Shown here one piece after another: positions 50,121-62,439 of a stretch of DNA of 64,000 bases. Each line of letters starts with the position of its first letter. Position 1 is the stretch's first letter. The notes below the pieces were generated by a model, which searched no databases, was not told the DNA's origin, and saw only the letters and a program-made list of their open reading frames with translations. This stretch comes from Negaprion brevirostris. Taxonomy: Eukaryota. The position numbers were made by a program, and so were the translations under genes. The stretch lies in contig JARDVH010000025.1 in assembly GCA_030324005.1 (NCBI GenBank), positions 76,325,454 through 76,389,453 on the forward strand, written 5' to 3'.

Positions 50121-50960
50121 CTGTGAAATGGAAATAGTCCTGCCACCCTGAACCATTTGAACATCAAAAACATTCAAACGAATTTCCACAATAAATCAAA
50201 TCTGAATGTTACGAGAAACCCCTGGAGGGAAACCAAAAGCCTGGCAATAAATATCATCAAGAAATGAAATTGTTCATTCCTTTTTCAGCAAGTTGTGTTT
50301 ATTTATACCAGACGTCTTATCTGTAAAGAGAGGGTAACAGAGTTAGTTAATGCTTGGTTGTAATAAACTATTAAAAATTATGCTCTGACAACATTTTTAT
50401 GTACACATTACCTGTGCTTTCAGATGCACTATAGCACACCTTAGTGGTGAAAACCTGTCAAACTGCAACTCTTCAGTCAAAGTAAATGCAAACGTCATGC
50501 AGTCTTTGAAATTATATTGTGGGATAATTTAATGCCATTGTCTTAAACTCCTCTTTCTGCTAGTTTTTACAGAAGCATTAACGCATTTGAATTAAGAATG
50601 ATTTTCAGGGATCCAAAAGGATATTTAGCAAACTAAAGGAACCAAAGTAAAGCATCCTACGCTATTGACCCAGGCAGAAATTCAAGAACTTTGATTCCTA
50701 GATCAAAACAAAATTGGGAAAGCTTGAAATCGTGAATGATACAATTTTTTTTACAAGTGTTATTTGAACGTGAAATGGCAATGAGAAAGGAGGGACATTT
50801 CCTCTGGATATTCGGTGTGAGAGTGGATGGTGGTATTGCTGGGATTGCTACATTGTGAACATTTAAAGAAAACACGTTATACTTTTGCTATAGTCATCGG
50901 ATAGAGAACATCTCAACCAAGATAGCGCCATTGAAGCTGTCGACTGATTCACTCTCTTTT

Positions 50961-50974
50961 GTTGCCACGGCAAC
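50961..50974. promoter_or_regulatory. RFX X-box motif
   Basis: GTTGCCACGGCAAC, 13/14 match to the palindromic X-box GTTGCCATGGCAAC; GGCGGAG GC-box at 50980-50986; lies in sequence with no recognisable repeat. Confidence 0.55.
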
Positions 50975-51183
50975 AGCAAGGCGGAGCTAAAATTAGCACT
51001 GCTGTTATCCTCTATAATTCAATATGTTTGGAAACACTTCATTCACATAAGTAGAATATTTAAGTACAACACTGGTATTTGACTTTTTTCAAATGTAGCT
51101 CATAGGGTACTGTTTATGTCATCATGAAGTTAGTTTATGTTACAGTTAGGCAATATGTTTTGTTTGAATTCTGCCCTTATCAG

Positions 51184-51357
51184 TGGCCAGAGTTATTACA
51201 TGTGAAGGATGAAGAAATGAAAGAGATTGTGGGTGGGAATGTGTTTTGGGTTGCTCACACTGGCCAATCAAGGGAGTGTTATGACTACAGCTGGCTGAGG
51301 GAGTCTCAGAACAATATCTGTAATCCTCAAAACTGGCCACAAGACTATAAACTGCAG
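51184..51357 (+). other. Orphan exon candidate (174 nt, phase 0-0)
   Basis: Acceptor ttctgcccttatcAG; weak donor CAG|GTGGCT; open frame WPELLHVKDEEMKEIVGGNVFWVAHTGQSRECYDYSWLRESQNNICNPQNWPQDYKLQ. Confidence 0.2.
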
Positions 51358-54046
51358 GTGGCTTTACAGTACATCCAATTTTTTGTTTCAGAGCACACTA
51401 TAGATTATCAGGACTGGCATTCACATGCCAAATAAAACACTTATAATACCCCAGTGATTTATGTCAAATACTTCCTTTGTATCTGTGTTTTGTGATATCC
51501 TTTGCTGAAAATAAAATGGGTTGCTAAACTTTGAGTTGCTGTCAGTGCTTACTTTTGTATCATTTTAATTTCCTTCGTTGAAGCATGCTTACTCGCAGCA
51601 TTGTCGATGTGGTATTCTGCTTAATCTGTCCAGCGTATTGATATTGTACATTGCAGCTTCTACTTTGCTTAAGCTGATAGTAGGGTGGGAGAACATTTGT
51701 TGGCTTGCTATATCAAAGTGCACCTCTGGGAGGAAATATGATCTGCAAGGAGTGTTGCAGTCCCACACATCTGCATCTTAAAGATTCACAGTACAGGAGG
51801 ATGTGATGTCATAAATTCAGGCTGTTATGTAGCTATGGACATATGTCCACTAACTTACAGAATGTAAAACATTACAGAGTTCCCATTGGGACTAAAGACT
51901 TTGAATGTTACTCCATAGGGTAGTCTCACATTTCCAAGAAGAATGCACTAGTACATGACACAACTGTTACTCAGACCATGACAAGTTTCATCACTCCATG
52001 TTTTCTTTCCTTCTGGTTGCTTTTGGACATTGTGAATTAACATGTGGCATTAAGGGTCACAAAAAGGCTATAATACAATAAGATCACATTTTCACTTACG
52101 CACTGTAACTGTCAACTTTCATAGCAAACACAGTCTTCTATACGAAATACAACTTTACAACTGCTAATTAATAGGTTTAATGTTCAGAACAATCGAGTAG
52201 CATTTTGAAATTGCACAGCTAGTGAAAGGTTAATCATGCCAATTATATGATGAATGCTACAGGCAAATCCAGTCAAAGAATTAGAGCTGGCTGAGTAATT
52301 ATACTTAACTTGCCAACATTTTCCCTGTCCCCTCTCTCACTAGCATTGAACTCTTGAATAATTTCACCATGACCACTTGTCACAGATGAGGCAATCTTGT
52401 CCTGATATTTCCAGAAGCACACATCCGGTTGCCCCACCTCTGACCCCATGGTGCTGAGGCTAAAATGAAGAATGTTCCTACAAATACTCTGCCTTACATC
52501 AGCTGACTCAGCACGGGGGCTAGGCAACTAGTGGAATTCACTATTAAATGTTTCACAAAACCAGCGTAGGGATAAGGCTGGAAATAATGCAAGGAGTCAC
52601 AATGTTCATTTGTGAAGTGGATTGTGGTTCACCATTAATTATCACAATTTTTTATGCCCAGGAACATTCCCAAGAAAGAACCAAGTGCGGGGGAGAAATA
52701 AGAATATTTCTTTAGCGGTTTCCATATAACATAAGGAATATGTGCTGCAGCTGTTGATGACACCTGACAATGTTAAAGATTCAAAGCCAATTTGGACTTC
52801 AAGTACATTAACACTGCTGAGGTGAATGATTCATTTAGTAAGGGATATTATATTCCCCTAGTTAACCTACTGTATGTAGTCTGATTTAGAAGCTGTCAAA
52901 AATGGTTTCTCTGTGACTCTGTCTTAAGAAGAAAAGTACTTTAAATCAGACCGAACAGCCAATGATTCAGTTGTCTAAAGCAGTCAGCAACTTGCTTGCG
53001 AAACTTAAAAACTATTGAAAAGAATACTTNNNNNNNNNNCTCTCTCTTTTTTCTGCCAATTCTTTTTTCCTTCATCTCGTTTGCCTCTGAAGGCATTGAC
53101 TACTTTGGGATATGACTGCATCGATCTCTAGTTCCTTGGCCAAGCGTCCACGTGTGGGTGTAGACTATATCTATTAGCAGGTTATTCAGCTAGAGGGGGG
53201 ATCACAGCTGAGGCCAAATTGGAGCTCACCTAACATTGGTTGGATGACACTTTCAGCAGGGATCACTGAATAGCAATGAGAGGGCAGGATCTGGGTCATT
53301 TCCCTCTGATTGGTGCAAGAACACTGACTTAAAATATGATATTCTGATTGCCATCTGAGATCTTCACACATATGAGTGGCAAACCCAAGACATTATGAAC
53401 ATAGAAACAAAGGGATATAGGAACANNNNNNNNNNNNNNNNNNNNNNNNNNNNNNNNNNNNNNNNNNNNNNNNNNNNNNNNNNNNNNNNNNNNNNNNNNN
53501 NNNNNNNNNNNNNNNNNNNNNNNNNNNNNNNNNNNNNNNNNNNNNNNNNNNNNNNNNNNNNNNNNNNNNNNNNNNNNNNNNNNNNNNNNNNNNNNNNNNN
53601 NNNNNNNNNNNNNNNNNNNNNNNNNNNNNNNNNNNNNNNNNNNNNNNNNNNNNNNNNNNNNNNNNNNNNNNNNNNNNNNNNNNNNNNNNNNNNNNNNNNN
53701 NNNNNNNNNNNNNNNNNNNNNNNNNNNNNNNNNNNNNNNNNNNNNNNNNNNNNNNNNNNNNNNNNNNNNNNNNNNNNNNNNNNNNNNNNNNNNNNNNNNN
53801 NNNNNNNNNNNNNNNNNNNNNNNNNNNNNNNNNNNNNNNNNNNNNNNNNNNNNNNNNNNNNNNNNNNNNNNNNNNNNNNNNNNNNNNNNNNNNNNNNNNN
53901 NNNNNCAACTAGCAGAAGTAGTTTTCCCTAATTACCTTATTTGTTGCCCTTGATATCTTGAAAACTTTGATCCAATCACCTCTTAACCTTCAAAATACAA
54001 TACTAGTTTCTGGATTCTTTCCTCATAATTCAATCCACAAAGTCCA

Positions 54047-54172
54047 GGGGCGGAATTTTCCCATCCCATCTGCCACAGGAATTGTCACGGGCAGGACAGG
54101 ACGATGCCAAGGTCCGTTGACCTCAGGCAGGATTTTCCGGCTTTGAGGCGAGCATGGCCAGAAGATCCTGTC
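54047..54172. mobile_element. Short hairpin MITE-like repeat
   Basis: Antisense copy of the 21576/4353 family (ttgacctc.ggcaggatttt). Confidence 0.65.
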
Positions 54173-55090
54173 ATAGGTGTCATTCTTACTGATCTTTATG
54201 GCTGAGTCACTGACTGCCAGTTGCCCCAAGCTGTAACATGCACCTTATTTAGTGTCCAGTGCTGTTTTAATAGATCACTGTTTGCAGGATTCATGCAAAA
54301 GGCCCAGTTGTGGAGACCCATTGCCCTGATTGGTGGCATTTATCTCAGCCTGTCTTCAGCCCCTGGGTGTCACCATTAACAAACAAATGAGATAGTCCCA
54401 TGTGCGTTAAAGTTACACAGTTGTTCTGATTTCACTGGTTTAGAGTATCTTAAGCAGTAGGCTCTTGTATAGAACTATTTGCATTATAATCTTAATGTCA
54501 AGTAAATTTAGTTTTGAGAATTTCATCTCATTAGTCAACTCAGTGAAAAAGAATTCAGATTAGCTGTAACATCCATTTGCTATTGATTTTTGAACATTTA
54601 CATTCTAATCACTGATAATGAAATCAAAGTACTGAACTTGATCATATGAGGGAGCTGAATCACGTTGAAGGATACACAAACATTTAGCATTCCTAGTGGA
54701 ATGGTGATATTAGTTATTAAAGAAATTTACTTAAAAATTTTGACAGTAACTATTCTTCAAATAGAAGCTTTTTTACGCTATGACCCCTTTGGGATGTTCT
54801 GAAGTCATGAAAGATGCACTTTTGGAGGATCAATGAAGAAATATGAAGTGGAAGCAGATTCAGTAGTAATTTTCAAAAGGAAATTGGATGCAAACTNNNN
54901 NNNNNNNNNNNNNNNNNNNNNNNNNNNNNNNNNNNNNNNNNNNNNNNNNNNNNNNNNNNNNNNNNNNNNNNNNNNNNNNNNNNNNNNNNNNNNNNNNNNN
55001 NNNNNNNNNNNNNNNNNNNNNNNNNNNNNNNNNNNNNNNNNNNNNNNNNNNNNNNNNNNNNNNNNNNNNNNNNNNNNNNNNNNNNNNNNN

Positions 55091-56340
55091 TCTTAGCAAT
55101 AACCAGCTCAATGTTTGTGTCAGTTTGGGTTCTGGCAGGGTCTTGCAGCTCCTGACCTCATTGTGAACTGGGTCAAACATGGACAAAAGTGCTGAACTCC
55201 AGAGGTGAGGTTAGAGTAACTGCTCTTGATATCAAGGCAGCATTTGAGCAAGTGTGGCATTAAGGAGCACCCTCCACTGGTTGCAGTCATGCTTAGCACA
55301 AAGGAAGATGGTTTCTTCAAAGAGAAGGTTTTGAGAGGTCAGTCATCTCAGTTTCAGCACATTATTACAGAAGTTCCGTAGCACAATGACCTAGGTCCAA
55401 TCATGTTCAGCTGCTTCATCAATTTCCTTCCTTCCATCATAAGGTCAGAGCAGAGATATTCACCGATAATTACACAATGTTCAGCACCATTTGCAACTCC
55501 TCAGATACTGAAGCAGTTCATGTCCAAATGCAGCAAATCCTGACAATATCCAGGCTTGGACTGACATGTGGCTAGTAACATCCATGCAACGCAACCGCCA
55601 GGCAATGACCATCTCCATCAAGAGAGAAATAACCATCACTCTTTGAGATTTAATGGCATTACCGTGACATAATCTCCCACTATCATCACCCTGGAGGTTA
55701 CCATTGATGAAAAACTGAACTGGACTAGCCACATAAATACTGTGGCTACAAGAGCAGGCCAGAAGTTAGGAACTCTGAGGCAAATAATTCAATTCCTGAT
55801 TCTCCAAAGTTTACCATCATCTCCAAGGCAAATATCAAGAGTGTGATGGAATACTCTTCATTTGCCTGAGTGAGTGCAGCTCCAACAACTTGACATCATC
55901 TAGGACAAAGCAGCTTGCTGAATTGACACCCCTTCACAAATATTCACTCCCTCCATGACTGATTCAGAGAGGCAGCAGTGTGTACAATCTACAAGATGCA
56001 TTTCAGGAACTCATCAAAGCTCATTAGACAGCACCTTCCAAACCCACAACTACTGCCATCTAGAAAGACAAGGGCATCAGGCACATGGGAACATTGCCAC
56101 CTGGAAGTTCTCCTTCAAGCCACACACCATCCTGACATGGAAACGTATTGCAGTTCCTTCACTGTCACTGGGTCAACATCCTAGAACTCTCCTCCTAAAA
56201 GCACTGTGGGTGGACCTATACTTCAGGGACTGTGGTGATTCAAGAAGGCAGCTCATTACCACCTTCTGAAGGGCAAGTCAGGATGGACAATAAATGCTGA
56301 CATAGTCAGCAAAGCACATGTCCCTTGAATGAATTAGAAA
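55091..56340 (+). mobile_element. CR1/L2-group LINE, 3' ~1.25 kb (RT to 3' UTR)
   Basis: ALDIKAAFEQVWH; MEYSSFA..SAAP; tail ggacaataaatgctg; antisense sister at 11280. Confidence 0.88.
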
Positions 56341-56493
56341 AAAGGGACTGGGAGCAATTGGATAATTTTTCAATGAGCCACCACAGCCACAATCGACTGA
56401 ATGGACTTCTTCTGTGCTGCATGATTCAATAACCAATTCATGTTCTTCCTTCACTGCGGGCTTATTTCCATTAAATCGCCTTTTGCATTGTTA

Positions 56494-56565
56494 AGAACAA
56501 AGAACAAAGAACAACCCAGCACGGGAAACAGGCCCTTCGGCCCAACGAGCCCGCGCCGCCGCATC
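56494..56565 (-). mobile_element. Young HER1/CR1 3' tail
   Basis: (agaacaa)n tail plus CpG-rich acaggcccttcggcccaacgagcccgcgccg. Confidence 0.75.
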
Positions 56566-57384
56566 NNNNNNNNNNNNNNNNNNNNNNNNNNNNNNNNNNN
56601 NNNNNNNNNNNNNNNNNNNNNNNNNNNNNNNNNNNNNNNNNNNNNNNNNNNNNNNNNNNNNNNNNGAAAGTAAACTACACTCTCACAACCCCGCAAACAG
56701 GAAGTGCAGTCAGAAAGCGACTCCAATAAAAATCAGGTACTCGCCACAGCCACAGCCACCAAGTACACTGCTGCGGAGAACAATGATCACTAATTTATCC
56801 CATTCCTGCATAAATAGTGAATTAGAACAAATTATTCAGTGACAGGCTTGAGAAAAACTGGCTTTGGATTACCTTCTGTGTTATACACATATATGAGTAC
56901 ATAGGTCAAGAATAGATGAATTTCTTTTTTAGAGAGCTAGCACCAACACTGGTCCGAATGGCCTTCCACTATGTTGTAACCATTCTATGATTCTAACTTG
57001 AAACAAGGTTTAATCTCTCCTGTCTGAGACAAGATGGCCACACAAATGCTGTTACATCAGATGGTCTGATTTATAGAACCATTAGGCTGTATAATGCTTT
57101 CCTGATGCAGATGCACTGGGATTGTTGCTTTTTGGACAACCTAAGTTCCCACATTTAGAAAAAAACCTGAGCTTGCCGCATAACATGATTCCAGTACCTT
57201 TTAATAATGAATAAGTGTATAGTTCCTGATGCACAATGCTTTATGTATTATGCGTTCTTATTACACAGCATTTCTGGAGGCAGAGTAGGGAAAAGCTATC
57301 CAATGTCCAAAATGGCACATGCAGAAGCATACCAATCCAAAGTACTAGTCTGGAGCTGGTACTGCAGAAGGACAATAACATGAA

Positions 57385-57760
57385 CTAATGTTGTGCCTTT
57401 ATTGCACTAAAACATTAAAGCAATTCACAGGGGCATTAAAAGACAACATTTAATAATGAGTTAGATAAGGATATATTTGAGTAGATGACCAAAAGCTTGG
57501 TCAGAACTCGGTTGTAAGGACTTCCCAAAAGGAAGGTAGAGAAGCGAAAGGAGGGAATTCAAGAAGTTGAGGTCTTGGTAGTGGAAGGAATGCCACCAAT
57601 GGCAGAAAAATTAAAATCAAGGATGCTCATGAGAGGTCAGAATTAGAGGACTGCAGATCTCTCAGAGGGTTGGAGGAGTTGAAGAAGAGTACAGAGATAA
57701 GAAGGGGGTAGGCCATGGACAGATTTGTAAGCAGGGATGAGATTATAAAATCAAAGCATG
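57385..57760 (-). mobile_element. L2 LINE 3' end (antisense)
   Basis: gatgaccaaaagcttggtc...ggagggaattc...agaattagagga; reverse complement of the 45150-45530 type. Confidence 0.7.
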
Positions 57761-57779
57761 GGAAGTCATGCAGGCAGCA

Positions 57780-58125
57780 GGCAGTGGCATAATGGTATTG
57801 TCACTGACTAGTAATCCAGCGGTCCAAGTCTTGGGTCACTTGCTTCAAATCCCACCATGGCTGCCAATGGAATTTAAATCCAGTTTACAAAATATGGAAT
57901 TAAAAGCTAGTCTCAGTAATAGTGACCATGAAGATTGTGCAAAAACCTATCTGGTTCACTAATGTTGATTAGGGAAGGAATTCATGCCTTCTTTCTGTGA
58001 CTTCAGAACCGCATTAATGCAATTGACTCTTAAATGCCTGCTGAAATAGCTTAGCAGGGCGGTTATGGATGGGTAACAAATGATAGTCATGACAGCTACA
58101 CTATATCCAATGAAAGAATGCATTG
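57780..58125 (+). mobile_element. tRNA-derived SINE with a tail resembling that of the 55091/11280 LINE family
   Basis: gtggcataatggta (A box)..ttcaaatcccaccatggc (B box)..tctggttcactaatg..agggaaggaa..ggatgggtaacaaatg. Confidence 0.75.
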
Positions 58126-60519
58126 AAAATTCACTTTGGGATTTCTGAAGTGCCAGTGCCAGTAGCACACAGTCCAATTTACTATCCGATATATCTTTGC
58201 AGCCTCCTCAGCTTATTTTCCCACATAACTTCAACNNNNNNNNNNNNNNNNNNNNNNNNNNNNNNNNNNNNNNNNNNNNNNNNNNNNNNNNNNNNNNNNN
58301 NNNNNNNNNNNNNNNNNNNNNNNNNNNNNNNNNNNNNNNNNNNNNNNNNNNNNNNNNNNNNNNNNNNNNNNNNNNNNNNNNNNNNNNNNNNNNNNNNNNN
58401 NNNNNNNNNNNNNNNNNNNNNNNNNNNNNNNNNNNNNNNNNNNNNNNNNNNNNNNNNNNNNNNNNNNNNNNNNNNNNNNNNNNNNNNNNNNNNNNNNNNN
58501 NNNNNNNNNNNNNNNNNNNNNNNNNNNNNNNNNNNNNNNNNNNNNNNNNNNNNNNNNNNNNNNNNNNNNNNNNNNNNNNNNNNNNNNNNNNNNNNNNNNN
58601 NNNNNNNNNNNNNNNNNNNNNNNNNNNNNNNNNNNNNNNNNNNNNNNNNNNNNNNNNNNNNNNNNNNNNNNNNNNNNNNNNNNNNNNNNNNNNNNNNNNN
58701 NNNNNNNNNNNNNNNNNNNNNNNNNNNNNNNNNNNNNNNNNNNNNNNNNNNNNNNNNNNNNNNNNNNNNNNNNNNNNNNNNNNNNNNNNNNNNNNNNNNN
58801 NNNNNNNNNNNNNNNNNNNNNNNNNNNNNNNNNNNNNNNNNNNNNNNNNNNNNNNNNNNNNNNNNNNNNNNNNNNNNNNNNNNNNNNNNNNNNNNNNNNN
58901 NNNNNNNNNNNNNNNNNNNNNNNNNNNNNNNNNNNNNNNNNNNNNNNNNNNNNNNNNNNNNNNNNNNNNNNNNNNNNNNNNNNNNNNNNNNNNNNNNNNN
59001 NNNNNNNNNNNNNNNNNNNNNNNNNNNNNNNNNNNNNNNNNNNNNNNNNNNNNNNNNNNNNNNNNNNNNNNNNNNNNNNNNNNNNNNNNNNNNNNNNNNN
59101 NNNNNNGCATATCCACATCATGACTCCTCATCTAAGCCATCGATATCGTTTGCACATAATTTTAACCCAAGCATGGATCTTTGTGGTGCTCCACTAGTTA
59201 CTCCCTGTCATCCTGAAATTTATATTTTTATCATTGTATATGAGTGAGATATAATGCTAGAAATGCACCCTGTGACAAGGCACCAAATTTTGCTTGCCTA
59301 ATTTTCCATTTAGATTAAACTCCAGCACTGTCTCAGCCAGCCTACTAAAACTGTACACAACAATTGGATGGGAGTGCATGAAGTCAATTTTCCAACCAAT
59401 ACCTGCCACATCTGAAATTCTGTCCCTTCAGCAGATCTTTATAAAAATTAGTTTTTAGGACTGTATCTATCAAAGCTGCTAAACAGTAAAGAAGTTCTGA
59501 AATTGGTGGAATATGGGTGTTAGTGACTTGCAGCAATGAAAAGAGAAAGGTCTAGTGTGTGGGAAAGGACTGTCTACTACATCTGTGTCTGAGCATTGTT
59601 CAGGTGCTTCATTTGCAACATGGGGCCAAATATTAATTTAAATAAAATTTGGGTCCTTAATGAGTCTAATATACAACAAGTGATTAGGATCTCAGTACAA
59701 CAGCCATCTCAGGACTGCGATATTACATATCTTGTACACTGGTCACCGAATAATCTCAGTGCCCCATTGTGTGAGCACCAATGTTTCACATGTGGAGGCA
59801 TCATCGGGTATTGCATTATTGATCAGTTCAGAAATCTGTTATCATTGTGAAACAATCATGGCAAGTTTTAGAAGTTGGAAGCAACTTACCATTTTTACAA
59901 GATAATTATAATGGTTGTATCATAATTTGTAATATAGTTAAAAAGGCAAGGCTCGACATGACATGACTGGATATATCACCATACTAAATATTTTGATAAA
60001 TTATCAGATGTAAATCAGTTTCACATTCAGTGTGGAAGTTTGTGCCAGGAGGATAAATCCATAAAATCTACCTTATGGTCAAGGAAATAGGGCTCCAAAG
60101 GATAAAGGCGCACATCTTCAGTAGAATATTACAGAAAAATTAAACATAATAAATGTTTACTTTATAGAACCACATTCACCATTATTATTTGTAATGATGA
60201 ACAGTTTACCAGAATTGGGGTTCAGAAGCCTGAATGCTGGACAGTGGATATACTGTGAATTAATAATTCTTCAATAAAGCAATGCTAAGAACAAATATAC
60301 ACATCTTGGCATTCCTTGGGAAGGTCATCACAAAAAAATCCCTTTACTTAGTTATCCTCATGAAGAGTCTTAGAGCAACATTCAAACTGCACCATCTAAG
60401 GAATCAAAGAAGTTTGATTATTAACATCAGTGAGCTGAACAATAAGGGGGTAGTGGGTGACTGGTGTGGATTTTAGTGATAAGTCAGACTGTACTACTAC
60501 CCTGTACTGCTTTTCAGTA

Positions 60520-61238
60520 ATCATAGAATCCCTACAATGCAGAAGGGGGCCATTCGGCCCATTGAGNNNNNNNNNNNNNNNNNNNNNNNNNNNNNNNNNN
60601 NNNNNNNNNNNNNNNNNNNNNNNNNNNNNNNNNNNNNNNNNNNNNNNNNNNNNNNNNNNNNNNNNNTGCACTGATCACAATCCCACCCAGCCCCTATTCC
60701 CGTAACCCAACATATTTACACTGCTAATCCCACTGACACTAGGGGCAATTTAGCACAGCCAATCAACTTAACCTGCACATTTTTGGACTATGGGAGGAAA
60801 CCCACACAGACTCAGGAATAATGTGCAGACTTCACACAGAGAGTGACCCGAGGCTGGAATAGAACAGCACGGTCGCGCAGTGGTTATCACTACTGCCTCA
60901 TAGCGCTGGGGACCCAGGTTTGATTCCCAGCTTGGGTCAATGTCTGTGTGGAGTTTACACATTCTCCCCATGTCTGCGTGGGTTTCCTCTGGGCGCTCCG
61001 GTTTCCTCCCACAGTCCAAAAATGCGCAGGTTAGGTCATGCTAAATTGCCCCTTACTGTCAGGGGGTGTAACTAGGGTAAATGCATGCGGTTATGGGGAC
61101 AGAGCCTGGGTGTGATTGCAGCCAGTGCAGACTTGATGGGCTGAATGGCCTCCTCCTGCATTGCAGGATTCTATGTTTCTATAACCAGGTCCCTGGTGCT
61201 GTGAGACAGTTGTGCTAACCACTGTGCCACTGTGTAGC
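60520..61238 (-). mobile_element. HE1 SINE (antisense) interrupted by a sense HE1 SINE at ~60866-61175
   Basis: The minus copy breaks at ggctggaatagaac and resumes at aaccaggtccctggtgctgtgag; the plus copy has a full head and tail. Confidence 0.85.
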
Positions 61239-61711
61239 CCAAAGTTCAAGCCCTTCTGTAATATTCTAATGCACTTGTACAGCTGGCAGAAGCAATATGG
61301 CACACTGTTTATGAAGTAACTTTAACATAGAAGGGATTTTGGAGAGGAGAAAAGGATACCAGGAACAGAGGTAACTTAAAGCACAATTGTATAGATGGCT
61401 TTGCAGAGGATGTGCACGATAGAGGTCCAAAGTTTCTTGGAAGTGAGGGAATGGGTTTGTGATTTATGTCAAGTGGAAGGACTGGAATTTCAGGTGTTCC
61501 CAGTTCCGCTGTGTCACTGTTCTTTTTATTGACAAAAATAAATTCCAGTGAGGAGGAGAAAGTGCCTGCTGTCAAAATCCAGATAGCTAAGCAGTGAAGG
61601 ACAGAACACTGAAGTGACTTTTTTATTCGTTGATAAGCTTTATTTCCTGAGATACATATTACAACAAACACATCTCCAACAGCACAGCTCTTGTTTAGTC
61701 TGCTCCTACAG

Positions 61712-61723
61712 AGTTGAGTACAG
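61712..61723 (+). other. Microexon candidate (12 nt)
   Basis: ctcttgtttagtcTGCtcctacAG|agttgagtacag|GTGAGT. Confidence 0.25.
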
Positions 61724-62439
61724 GTGAGTTCTTAGTTTATGCCCTTCACCTGAATATATCTAACATTCTGTCAAAACCCTATCCTGACATAAGGAGAGAA
61801 TGTGTGATTGTCAGGATGATATCCAAGTCTTTCAACATTGGAGTCCATTGGAAGCAATTCTGGCTCTTTCAGGAAATATTAATAATTAAGGGAGACACTT
61901 CCACAGAAGAAGGTCAAGATGTCTGAATCCTTTGCCATACCATTGATGAAGTAAAAGAAAGGACATACACACAAAAGGGGAGAACTGAAGGACCTAAAAT
62001 CTGGTATAAGTTGAAAAGATAGGATGTGATTTTCAACCAACGCCAATATTGGAAAATGTGGTGCACTAGGAGAAGGAGAGCCACTGGATGATACTGAGGC
62101 AACACTGAAAGGTAAGTGATAACCCGACCGGTGAGGTGCACTGAGTAAACAGCCCATTAAAATCAGCCAGGTGATCCACCAAGTCCCACTGTTTAGGAGT
62201 TTAATCTACACAGGTGATCAAGTGGAGAAGGTGCCTGCCTCAGGTTAGTGAGGTCCTTCCTTAAATAGGCAGCTTGGCCTGCTGGCTAATCGGGTCNNNN
62301 NNNNNNNNNCTAAATGTTAAAACTGCCTGAAATTAAAACTGGTTGAAGTCAAGTAGCTTTGGAGCTTTCCTCACTGCCTGTCCATGCAATTCTTGTTTCA
62401 GGTTAAATTTAGCACATTAGAGTGAGGCAGAGTTAGGGC

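Noticed and set aside
52273-52527. 84-aa minus-strand ORF as a coding exon
   Set aside because: No convincing splice donor and no recognisable homology
1939-59247. Long ORFs of 200-380 aa in the ORF track
   Set aside because: They consist almost entirely of X from N-gaps
61873-62111. AG...AAG|GTAAGT exon-like unit
   Set aside because: The best-looking frame has several stops; could only be non-coding or a decayed repeat
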